Virus record (IMG/VR): IMGVR_UViG_3300036719_006047
Span: 32,001-96,000 of that record
Source: a virus
Strand: one strand, 5' to 3'
DNA: 64,000 bases
In this document: positions 56,015 to 64,000 of the stretch, one piece after another
Layout of the letters: each line of letters begins with the position of its first letter
How positions within the stretch are numbered: position 1 is the first letter of the stretch
Translations under genes and position numbers: made by a program
Notes under the pieces: generated by a model
What the model was told of the DNA's origin: nothing
Databases searched by the model: none
The model's input: only the letters and a program-made list of their open reading frames with translations

Positions 56015-56590
56015 ATGCTGCGCGGAGAGATCGTACTGCACACAGAGCGCATCTGTGAGGTCGTCGATGTGATCGACGCCAAGTCAGTGAGGCTCAAAAC
56101 ACTTTTCTCGTCTTCATGCAAACCAGTGCAGAAGGACTCTGTACGAGCGGTACGGGTCGACGCCGTGGAGACAAGAGATCGCGCCGTCGTTCGTCTTAGA
56201 GCAAGGCGCGATAGATGCGATGAGATCCTCAGCCTTCTCGAGGCGAGGTCTCCGTTTGTGCCGAGCTTCACCCGGCCTCGTCATGGCGAGTTGTCGTCGC
56301 GCATTGACTTCAGCTTGTCTTCGAGCTGGAGAGCAGTTACCTACCCTCACGGCACGACGCACCATTACTTGTTCTACGCGAAGTTTGTTGATGTCGTTGC
56401 TGTCGAAGTCACAGAATACGATGCCTGCGTCAACTGGTGCTTCTTCTTGCCATTCGTGCCAGACGCGCCGGTACCAGACAGCGGCAACGTGTTCGTCACG
56501 AAGACGAAATCACCGGCAGATGCTTTGCGAGAAGCGAAAAAAGTATCTGTCGAGAGACTACTCAAACATCTCTCGAAGGACACGAAATGA
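56015..56590 (+). CDS. hypothetical protein
   Basis: GGAGG SD. Confidence 0.75.
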   Translation: MLRGEIVLHTERICEVVDVIDAKSVRLKTLFSSSCKPVQKDSVRAVRVDAVETRDRAVVRLRARRDRCDEILSLLEARSPFVPSFTRPRHGELSSRIDFSLSSSWRAVTYPHGTTHHYLFYAKFVDVVAVEVTEYDACVNWCFFLPFVPDAPVPDSGNVFVTKTKSPADALREAKKVSVERLLKHLSKDTK

Positions 56591-57144
56591 TGGTCTTGCT
56601 CTTGGCCCTTCAAGTTGCTTTCGCGGACGCGATCTGCCGCGACGGTTGGCGCAGCAGCTCGAGTGGTTCGGGAACGTGTTCGCACCACGGAGGAGTGGCT
56701 TACTGGATCCCGTCGACGTCTTCGCCAGGTACTGCGCCAAGTGGGTTGTATGTATACAAACCCCGCTACCCGCGATACGACTTCGGGCCATTCCAGAACT
56801 TCGTTCTCGACGTCTACTCAGGGATAAACCCGGACTTGTACCTGGGTTGCTTGACGTGTGATCCCAATCACGACGACCCTGAAATTTGGCTGAAGAGCGT
56901 TCGTCGTCGCGAAGGGAAGTACCACGTCAACGGAAAGTTGTGGGGTTCCAGCACAGATGGATACGCTTCTTGGTATGACGATCACTCGATGTGCAACCCC
57001 AAAGCGAAAAATCCACCGAAGGTGTTCAACCGTGAAACGAACGAATACGTCGGTAGGTTGACGCTGAACATGAACCTGCCGGACAGCATCAAGGTTCCCG
57101 AAGTCATCGGATTCATCAACAAGTCTTGCGAGGAGTGGTTGTGA
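56587..57144 (+). CDS. exported protein with DUF3761-like motif
   Basis: Signal-like start; AICRDGW..GTCSHHGGV. Confidence 0.7.
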   Translation: MMVLLLALQVAFADAICRDGWRSSSSGSGTCSHHGGVAYWIPSTSSPGTAPSGLYVYKPRYPRYDFGPFQNFVLDVYSGINPDLYLGCLTCDPNHDDPEIWLKSVRRREGKYHVNGKLWGSSTDGYASWYDDHSMCNPKAKNPPKVFNRETNEYVGRLTLNMNLPDSIKVPEVIGFINKSCEEWL

Positions 57145-57899
57145 TCAACAATAAAAACATGAAGTTGATGCGTCTCATCTCTGAGAGACAAAAAGCATCA
57201 TCGGATCCAGAAAAGCTCGCCTTGACACAGATGATCAAGGCGAACGAAGAGCTGGGAGAGGCGGCGGCTGAGCTGTTGGCGCTGTCGAAATCGAAAAACG
57301 CTTCGGCGAGCGCTGCCGGCAACATCGAAGGCATGCTGGAAGAGCTGACTGACGTCCTCAGCTGTGTGATCGACATGCTCCTGACGCAAGGGGTCACGGA
57401 AGAGAAGCTCAACTCGATGCTTCTCCTCAAACTCAAGAAGTGGGGCTCGAAGCTGTTGCCTCGGCATCACAGCGACCTGGCCATGCATGGAAATCTCGCT
57501 GCTTGGACCTTGTGGGACCGCTCTTACATTGAAGTCCTCTCGTTCAACAAGCTCGACAAGTCGACCTCAGTCATGCCGCGTCCGTTGACTCTCGGCGAGC
57601 ACAACAAGATTTTGCTGGGAGCAACGCCCTACGTATACATGACCTCTCCCGAGAAGCCTATTGCATTGCACCGAAAGGAGGCAACCGACTTTATCGAAAC
57701 GCTCAACTACATCCTTGCTTGCAATTCAACAGATATGTGGCAGGAAGGTTTTTGCTTCTGCCTTCCCACAAAGTCTGATTTGTTGCAGGCAGGCATTCTC
57801 GATGACGACACGGACAAGTACTGGTTGTTTCCTCCCGACGACAACGGAACCGAAACGCCAGACACCAAGAAAATGGTCCTTGTCGTTTTCGGACTCTGA
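57126..57899 (+). CDS. MazG-like NTP pyrophosphohydrolase domain protein
   Basis: KANEELGEAA...LEELTDVL; start uncertain. Confidence 0.7.
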   Translation: MRGVVVINNKNMKLMRLISERQKASSDPEKLALTQMIKANEELGEAAAELLALSKSKNASASAAGNIEGMLEELTDVLSCVIDMLLTQGVTEEKLNSMLLLKLKKWGSKLLPRHHSDLAMHGNLAAWTLWDRSYIEVLSFNKLDKSTSVMPRPLTLGEHNKILLGATPYVYMTSPEKPIALHRKEATDFIETLNYILACNSTDMWQEGFCFCLPTKSDLLQAGILDDDTDKYWLFPPDDNGTETPDTKKMVLVVFGL

Positions 57900-57910
57900 A
57901 AGGACTACTC

Positions 57911-58210
57911 GTGCCGGTAGACACAAAAGAACTCAGAAAGCGCTTGAGGCGCTACGACAAGAGTGCACCACGGTGCAGCGGCGCGTCATTGCGCAAAACT
58001 TCTTGGGCTCCGGACTGGGTGCATAAACAAGATCCGGAAGCTGAGGAATTTTCTGTTACTCTGACCTCTCCGTGCGCATTGCCTGAAGGCCACGATGGGC
58101 CTTGCAGTTCAATTCGGCCTGTATTGAGCTGGCCTGGATACGACATCATCAACTCGATGCTCGATGAGATCGATTCACTCCGAAACAGCAGCAACGACCC
58201 TGAGCCCTGA
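57911..58210 (+). CDS. hypothetical protein
   Basis: AAGGA SD; CALPEGHDGPC motif. Confidence 0.65.
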   Translation: MPVDTKELRKRLRRYDKSAPRCSGASLRKTSWAPDWVHKQDPEAEEFSVTLTSPCALPEGHDGPCSSIRPVLSWPGYDIINSMLDEIDSLRNSSNDPEP

Positions 58211-58219
58211 GGAGGGGAC

Positions 58220-58318
58220 ATGAGCAGCGACTGCTTAAACGGGGACGACAAGTTTGACGCTTTTGTGGGCGATTTCGTGCAGCAAGAGTTACTCAACCCC
58301 ACACAAACAGGCAAGTAG
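58220..58318 (+). CDS. 32-aa hypothetical peptide
   Basis: GGAGG SD; stop abuts the next ATG; not in ORF track. Confidence 0.45.
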   Translation: MSSDCLNGDDKFDAFVGDFVQQELLNPTQTGK

Positions 58319-58759
58319 ATGAGCAATTCTCTTGTACGTGACCCAAAGGTTGACTGGCGATTCAAGTCCCTCCTGAACACAGCTGACTCTTATCGGGCAG
58401 CGAAAGAGGATCGCCTCAAGGCAGGAGAAATTCTTCGTTCCGATTCGGGGATGCGTTCGTTCTGGCGCAGCTCGCTCCCTTCTGAGGAGGAGCGTCAAGC
58501 TGCGAAAGAAACCCTCGACGAAAAAGTAGGATTCAAGTCCTACTGTCCCTGTTGCAATCGGTACTACGGGTTCCCGTCTGCCTATTGCTCTGTCCAAGAA
58601 CACGGACTTTGCGGTACGTGCCGCCTCTTTGAAGAAGGCAAGTTTGATGGAGTGGAATCTTTCCGCCATCCGACACTCGAAGAGGCGATGTCAGTCAAAG
58701 AGGTTCGCCCGGCCGAGGGCTACGTCCTTCAGCAAGCTATCCGAGAGTTGCGTAAATGA
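58319..58759 (+). CDS. hypothetical protein, possible Zn finger
   Basis: CPCC...CSVQEHGLCGTC. Confidence 0.7.
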   Translation: MSNSLVRDPKVDWRFKSLLNTADSYRAAKEDRLKAGEILRSDSGMRSFWRSSLPSEEERQAAKETLDEKVGFKSYCPCCNRYYGFPSAYCSVQEHGLCGTCRLFEEGKFDGVESFRHPTLEEAMSVKEVRPAEGYVLQQAIRELRK

Positions 58760-59043
58760 AGAATGACCTCGTTAGCGCAGGAAAGAATGAACTTGTTAGC
58801 AAGGGGAAGAAAGAAGTTGAGGCGCAGACAGAGAACTGCGCGAACAACAAAGGAAGCGACACTGACTGGCGGAAAGCCTACTTGACGTTGTGCCACTTGA
58901 TCGCTACTGATTTTATCTCCAGTCATAAAGTCTCGAACTATGTCGACAACATCAGAAAAACGTCAGGAGACGAAGCAGCAGATTCTCTCGTAAAAGTGTT
59001 CAATTCTCTTCGGACACAGTTCATGCAAGACTTCATGGGGTGA
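58756..59043 (+). CDS. hypothetical protein
   Basis: Overlap coupling. Confidence 0.65.
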   Translation: MKNDLVSAGKNELVSKGKKEVEAQTENCANNKGSDTDWRKAYLTLCHLIATDFISSHKVSNYVDNIRKTSGDEAADSLVKVFNSLRTQFMQDFMG

Positions 59044-59046
59044 AAC

Positions 59047-59403
59047 ATGTTCACGTTCAGGTCGCCCGAATGGGCAAACAAAGAAGGCGCTCCTCGGGAC
59101 GGAGCCGGAATGCTGTCTCGCGCGCGCGACTTGGCGAGCAGCTACTACCCGCTCGGAGTCCAGACCGGTGTCCACGCCATGATTGAATGGTGTGGAGTCA
59201 TGGGAGAGCACGTGAAGATGCTGGAAGATGCGTTTGCTCAAGGAATTGAGCCCAACAACATCGATCAGCATTCAGGTGTGACCGTCAAAGCAAAACCCTA
59301 CAGGGTTGCCTACATCTGCGAGAAAATCGGTTGTCAGCTGAAGCCTTTCGTCAAGGCGGACGCTGATTTGTGGAAGCGTGAAATCAACAAGTGGTTCGAG
59401 TAG
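59047..59403 (+). CDS. hypothetical protein
   Basis: 118 aa. Confidence 0.7.
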   Translation: MFTFRSPEWANKEGAPRDGAGMLSRARDLASSYYPLGVQTGVHAMIEWCGVMGEHVKMLEDAFAQGIEPNNIDQHSGVTVKAKPYRVAYICEKIGCQLKPFVKADADLWKREINKWFE

Positions 59404-59411
59404 GAGACATC

Positions 59412-59918
59412 ATGAACAGCATCAAGACCTTTTTCGTGGCGGCTGCGCTTACCCTCCCCTCTGTCGCCTCTGCGGGCAAGCTCGCGGAGGGCATCTTCGG
59501 CATCCCTTGGGGCGAGAAGACAGAGTTTCCCGCACCTTTCGAGGATTGCGTCAAGGACACTTCGAGCATCACGCCGTGGGAGTGTCAGCGCGAAATCGAC
59601 GGCATCAAGTTTGAGGTCGCTTTCGTGTGGGAGATGAACCTGTTTTACGGGGCCGCAATCCGCAGCAAGGACGGCTACGAGTCGTGTTCTCGCCTCCAGG
59701 ACATGCTGGAGGCCGCTTGGGGCAAGTCGTTCCCGACGTCTCGCTACCTGACCGGGAAGATGGACAACCGGGCGTGGAACGACGGGAGAGTGTCGGCTAC
59801 CTGGAAGTACAACACAGTGACCCACCACTGTGATGTCTTCGTCTTCCACCTCGACATGCTCGATACGATCAAGGCCGAAAAGAAGAAGAAGGCTGCGGAG
59901 GCGGCGTCCAAGTTCTGA
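59412..59918 (+). CDS. hypothetical exported protein
   Basis: GGAG SD; signal peptide ending ASA. Confidence 0.8.
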   Translation: MNSIKTFFVAAALTLPSVASAGKLAEGIFGIPWGEKTEFPAPFEDCVKDTSSITPWECQREIDGIKFEVAFVWEMNLFYGAAIRSKDGYESCSRLQDMLEAAWGKSFPTSRYLTGKMDNRAWNDGRVSATWKYNTVTHHCDVFVFHLDMLDTIKAEKKKKAAEAASKF

Positions 59919-59940
59919 GCAGACAAAGAAGGAGATGATG

Positions 59941-60516
59941 ATGGGCGACACACTGACTGAGTTGTTCGACACCCTCAACAAAGAAGTCGAAAATGCTGTC
60001 CGCTCTGAGGTTAGCCCCGACGTCTTGCGCGCCACGGCAACAGAGTGGGTCAGAAAGGTCAGCAATCAGAAAAACGAAGAGCTTCTCTTCAAGTTCTGCT
60101 CGCAGGAAGACGAACAGATCAAAGTGATCATCGAGGAAGCAGTCAGAGAATCAACAATGATTCACTTGGGACGTGAGATCGAAGACGCGATCACTCACGT
60201 CGTCGGGAAGCGGCTCCTCGAGATCACGAAGAAACGAAAGAAGAAGCTGGAGCAGATCCTCGAAGAGATGATCACTGTCGAGATGGTGGAAAACTACTTT
60301 CCTCGCGTCATAGAGCTGACTCACAGCAAAGTCGACGAGATCGCGCACAGACGTTTGCTCAAGCATTGCATCAAAGCTATCGCAACTGCTCGCATCAACG
60401 CAATCGTAAAAAGAGCAGCAGAAGTTGGAGTGAAGCTCGGAAGAACTCAAAGCAAAAATCTACAGCACGCTATCGAAACAGAGCTGCACAACACGACCCG
60501 ATGGAGGGGGCTGTGA
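59941..60516 (+). CDS. hypothetical helical protein
   Basis: GGAG SD. Confidence 0.7.
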   Translation: MGDTLTELFDTLNKEVENAVRSEVSPDVLRATATEWVRKVSNQKNEELLFKFCSQEDEQIKVIIEEAVRESTMIHLGREIEDAITHVVGKRLLEITKKRKKKLEQILEEMITVEMVENYFPRVIELTHSKVDEIAHRRLLKHCIKAIATARINAIVKRAAEVGVKLGRTQSKNLQHAIETELHNTTRWRGL

Positions 60517-60902
60517 CGATCGAAGAATGGCTCAAAGAGAACAAAGTGAAATATGATGTTCTCTCCTTCCGCCACCTGGATACAGGGGAAGTCTTGGCGC
60601 GAACCAAGCTGGGAGAAGCGCCCAGTCGCAGGTTTCTGCGAGACCTGAACGGCGCTGTTCGTGAAATCACGACCTCAGAGAGGAAACACATCGCAGCGAA
60701 GGCGAAAGCTGATGCCCGCAAAACCCGAAATCGTGGATCTGTGCCTGTTCCGCCTGTGTCGCCAGATCAGCCGAGAGAAGGAGAAAGTGACGGCGAGAGT
60801 GCTTGTCTCCCACGCGTACTTCGAGCTCGTGGGCCCCACAAGCAAGCTTCGCGTAAGGTTCGCCATCACCCCCGATCTGCAAAGGCTCGCAGGAAGGGTT
60901 GA
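60513..60902 (+). CDS. hypothetical protein (3' part overlaps next ORF)
   Basis: GGAGG SD and GTGA coupling support the start. Confidence 0.5.
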   Translation: MTIEEWLKENKVKYDVLSFRHLDTGEVLARTKLGEAPSRRFLRDLNGAVREITTSERKHIAAKAKADARKTRNRGSVPVPPVSPDQPREGESDGESACLPRVLRARGPHKQASRKVRHHPRSAKARRKG

Positions 60903-61281
60903 AGTTTCTCTGCCTCATGTCCAGTTTAGCTGGCAAGGCGCAACTGCTGGAAGGGAGCTGTTACAGCCTTTGGGCCGTTTGATGGGGAAAAACTACGGGA
61001 TGTATCCCATCACCTCCAAGGGTTACTACATCAACTATCCCGAGTTCGAAGAGATCGAAAAAGGAGAAAGAGAGACCGCGTGGAGGTCTCTTGTCTTGAG
61101 AGACAGCAAAGACAACGGAATACTTGTTTTTCGGTCGCCTGAATTCCAAGAGCGCAGGATTTCTTGGTTGCAGTCAACCGTCAGGCCGTTGGCCCCTGAA
61201 CTTGCAGACGAAGAAGAAGTTCGGCAAGCGGACATTGAGGAAATCCTCCGTGTTCAGCACCTTCAATCCACCACCAAGTGA
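60712..61281 (+). CDS. hypothetical protein
   Basis: ATG at 60712; protein-like composition. Confidence 0.65.
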   Translation: MPAKPEIVDLCLFRLCRQISREKEKVTARVLVSHAYFELVGPTSKLRVRFAITPDLQRLAGRVEVSLPHVQFSWQGATAGRELLQPLGRLMGKNYGMYPITSKGYYINYPEFEEIEKGERETAWRSLVLRDSKDNGILVFRSPEFQERRISWLQSTVRPLAPELADEEEVRQADIEEILRVQHLQSTTK

Positions 61282-61979
61282 GATGCACAGAGATGCACTT
61301 TTCAAGCGCTGTTCAGTTGTGGGAGAGTGCTCGGCAGGGTCTTGTCCTTCCCGTCGAGACGATCCAGCAGTATGTGAGTGGCCTGGCTGCGCGTGCTGGC
61401 GGTGTTCATCGCGAGTGTTGGACTCGCTACCTGAAGCTGGCTCGCGCGCTCGATGTGCCGTGGGCAGTTCGTTTGCGGACTGCTCTCGATCGCCGGCTCC
61501 CCTGTCCCGGGGCTTGGTGCGGCCGCCATGAGTTTTACGAGTCGTGGCGTAGCCAGATGGTTGGCTGGTACGAGATGTTCTTGCTCGGCCCCATGAACAT
61601 CAACAGCGACACCGCTCCTCCTGCAGTGCGAGAAGGTCTTGTCGTGTTCCGCGACAACGTCCTTTCTTGTGCTCAGTTCGACGGTTCTTTGCTGTTGGTG
61701 TTCATCGAGAACGTCGACAAGGACAACGCCCGAATCACAAGCATCTTCGACATCTCGTTCGACGACACCATCACTGTTGCGTTCGGCAACAACACGGAGA
61801 TGACAAAGTTCGAGGACACGCCTGAGCCCGTGCCTGTTGTCCGTGCCCACTTCAAGCTCAAGGACTTCCCCGATATCCTTTGGGGCCAGGCGTACGAGAG
61901 TGACAAACCTGTGCGTGATGACAGTGCGCAAGCACGCGAACTGATCGAGAAACTTGCCCCCAACACCCTGTCCAAGTGA
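61278..61979 (+). CDS. hypothetical protein
   Basis: GTGA coupling (alternative ATG at 61293). Confidence 0.7.
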   Translation: MRCTEMHFSSAVQLWESARQGLVLPVETIQQYVSGLAARAGGVHRECWTRYLKLARALDVPWAVRLRTALDRRLPCPGAWCGRHEFYESWRSQMVGWYEMFLLGPMNINSDTAPPAVREGLVVFRDNVLSCAQFDGSLLLVFIENVDKDNARITSIFDISFDDTITVAFGNNTEMTKFEDTPEPVPVVRAHFKLKDFPDILWGQAYESDKPVRDDSAQARELIEKLAPNTLSK

Positions 61980-61990
61980 GGAACATCAAC

Positions 61991-64000
61991 ATGACCACCA
62001 TCAAGTCCCTGACTGAGATCCGCTACACCAAGATCGACCTGTCCGACTTCGGCATCAAGCCCGCAGAGGTGCTGACCCCTGCGCACCACATCGTCGTCGT
62101 GGACCGCTCCGGTTCCATGTACTCCGACATCACTCACGCGCGCGACATGCTCATCCAGACCTTCGCCACCGCCACGGTGCTGAAGCCGCACGTCAAGGTG
62201 AGCTTGCTGTCCTTCTCCTCGGAAGGTGATCTGACGTCGCACTTCGAGAAGGTGCCGGCGACCGACGTCTCGGATCCCAAGTACGTCAGCGCGATCAAGA
62301 GCATTCACGCAACCGCGTTGACGTGCATCTCGCAAGGCATGCTCGCCGCGCTCAAGCTCGTGACGCCGGCAGAGCCGACGGCCATCACCTTGTTGACCGA
62401 CGGCTACGCCAACGACCGCTCGCCGTCCACCGAGATCGCGAAGCTCAACGCCTTCGTCGAGGAGGCCCGCATCATCCCCGGCTTGTTCGTCAACTGCATC
62501 GGCTTCCGCAGCTGGTGCGATTGGAACCTGATGCAGAAGATCGCATCGAACTTGGGCGGCAAGTGCGGCGAGGCAAAGACCTTCCTGGACGTGCACAAGG
62601 TGCTGTTCGAGGTCAACACAGCGCTGTCCGGCAACGTCTCGCCCATCATCAGCATCGGGCAGCCGGACGCGGAAGGTACGCTCCTCGCGGTCTGCCTCAA
62701 GCCCGAGAAGGTGGTCATGGCCAAGAAGGGCAAAGAGCTGATCTTGCCTTTCTTCGACACGAGCCTTGGCGACATCGATAAGATCATTCAGGTGTTCAAC
62801 ATCACCCCGAAAGGCGCTGAGAGCTACAAGAAGGCGGCGAAGTTTACGAACACCCTCAAGGCGGACAACGCGGAAGAAGCTTTCCGGGTTCTCGCGGCCT
62901 ACGCTTCCGCCCTCGTCGGTTCGCGTGAGCTGCGTCTGGCCAAGGAGTTGCTGTTCCTGAGCGGCAACAAGTCGCTTTACGAGGAGTACTGCACCGCCAT
63001 CACGCCGCTCGACCTCGTCGGAATGCAGATGGCGCTCGAGGAGTGGGCCTACATCGGCAGCACCCACTACACGATGGGCAAGAACATGAAGCCCAAGCTC
63101 ACGTTGTCGGATCTCGAAAAGCTGCTGTCAGCGACGACACCGCATCTGGGTTTCGACTTCGAGATCGATACCGACAAGTTCTGGGAGGTGTACACCCGGC
63201 GCAGCACCTCCCGGGTCGAGGGCACCGTCAACGAGCACGGAGAGCACATCCCGTTGCAGTTTGAGCTGTACGCGACCAACGCGCCTCAGATTCGCGGCTT
63301 GTCGATCAACACGAGCGAGGCGACCATTCAGGTGGAGACGGTGTCGCCTGCACTGGTGCGGGACAAGACCAACGGTCAGACGCTGATGAACTGCGAAGGC
63401 GTCAGCCTCATGAACCTCAAGAGCTACCGCAGCTTCACCCTCATGAGCAGCGGTGCTTGGAACATCCGCTACCTTCCCGTCAAGCCGGTCAACCGTGCCG
63501 GCGCCGAGAAGCTGTGCAGCATGTTCCCTGACGCCAACCGCAAGAGCGTCGATGTCGGTGACAGCTACCTGATCGACCTCAAGAAGTTCAACGCGGTCAA
63601 TCCCGAGGCGACTGCGACCTGGGCTGCGGTGCAGGCCGCAGCTTCCTCGATGGCAGTTTACACGGCCAACATCAAGTTCTACAGCGCGATGCTCAGCAAG
63701 GCCGATGCGTCTCCCTTCTCGGAGAAGCAGGTCAGTGAGCTGAAGCGCTTCTACTTGACGCCGGCCTTGTACTGGTCGCCGCCCACCGTCGAGAAGTACA
63801 AGATCAAGGATGCCGACGGCGGGGTCGGTCTCGATCACGCCATCAAGACGGGCAAGGTCGACATGTACACCCGGTTCTCGGTGTCGTTCGGCACGAACAA
63901 GATCCTCACCAAGGACGAGTTCCCGAGCGCCAACGAGTTCCTGGCCAAGTTCTACTTCGTCACCGAGGCCGGAGGCGCCAAGATCGCCAAGCCCAAGGTG
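61991..64000 (+). CDS. vWA-domain protein (partial, runs off window end)
   Basis: Not in ORF track. ATG at 61991 after GAGG; VVVDRSGSM, TCISQG, LLTDG, CIGF. Confidence 0.85.
   Translation, partial: MTTIKSLTEIRYTKIDLSDFGIKPAEVLTPAHHIVVVDRSGSMYSDITHARDMLIQTFATATVLKPHVKVSLLSFSSEGDLTSHFEKVPATDVSDPKYVSAIKSIHATALTCISQGMLAALKLVTPAEPTAITLLTDGYANDRSPSTEIAKLNAFVEEARIIPGLFVNCIGFRSWCDWNLMQKIASNLGGKCGEAKTFLDVHKVLFEVNTALSGNVSPIISIGQPDAEGTLLAVCLKPEKVVMAKKGKELILPFFDTSLGDIDKIIQVFNITPKGAESYKKAAKFTNTLKADNAEEAFRVLAAYASALVGSRELRLAKELLFLSGNKSLYEEYCTAITPLDLVGMQMALEEWAYIGSTHYTMGKNMKPKLTLSDLEKLLSATTPHLGFDFEIDTDKFWEVYTRRSTSRVEGTVNEHGEHIPLQFELYATNAPQIRGLSINTSEATIQVETVSPALVRDKTNGQTLMNCEGVSLMNLKSYRSFTLMSSGAWNIRYLPVKPVNRAGAEKLCSMFPDANRKSVDVGDSYLIDLKKFNAVNPEATATWAAVQAAASSMAVYTANIKFYSAMLSKADASPFSEKQVSELKRFYLTPALYWSPPTVEKYKIKDADGGVGLDHAIKTGKVDMYTRFSVSFGTNKILTKDEFPSANEFLAKFYFVTEAGGAKIAKPKV

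Overview
This window looks like part of a large bacteriophage genome rather than a cellular chromosome. It has no housekeeping genes, has bacterial Shine-Dalgarno sites and coupled starts, and carries rIIA/rIIB, a MoxR/vWA pair, RecD-like and SNF2 helicases, an SLT, a 9-tRNA cluster and many small ORFs. No capsid, terminase or portal gene is recognisable, so the virus group and host cannot be assigned. Left arm (1-31.3 kb, mostly minus strand): dominated by 16 tandem pentapeptide-repeat paralogs (14475-29137) with shared N- and C-caps, variable repeat cores and an invariant 8-nt spacer. The array is split by a SNF2 gene and a decayed copy, and several non-array proteins carry basic-x-N-P motifs. 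Strand switch (31.4-35 kb): a CpG-dense 9-bp repeat tract, then a visibly GC-rich island with three ORFs each behind a ~160-170 bp palindromic leader repeat. Next come a sigma70-type promoter and tRNAs interleaved with two candidate structured RNAs. Right arm (36-64 kb): all plus strand, mostly accessory genes. Family names come from motif recognition by eye, not database searches.
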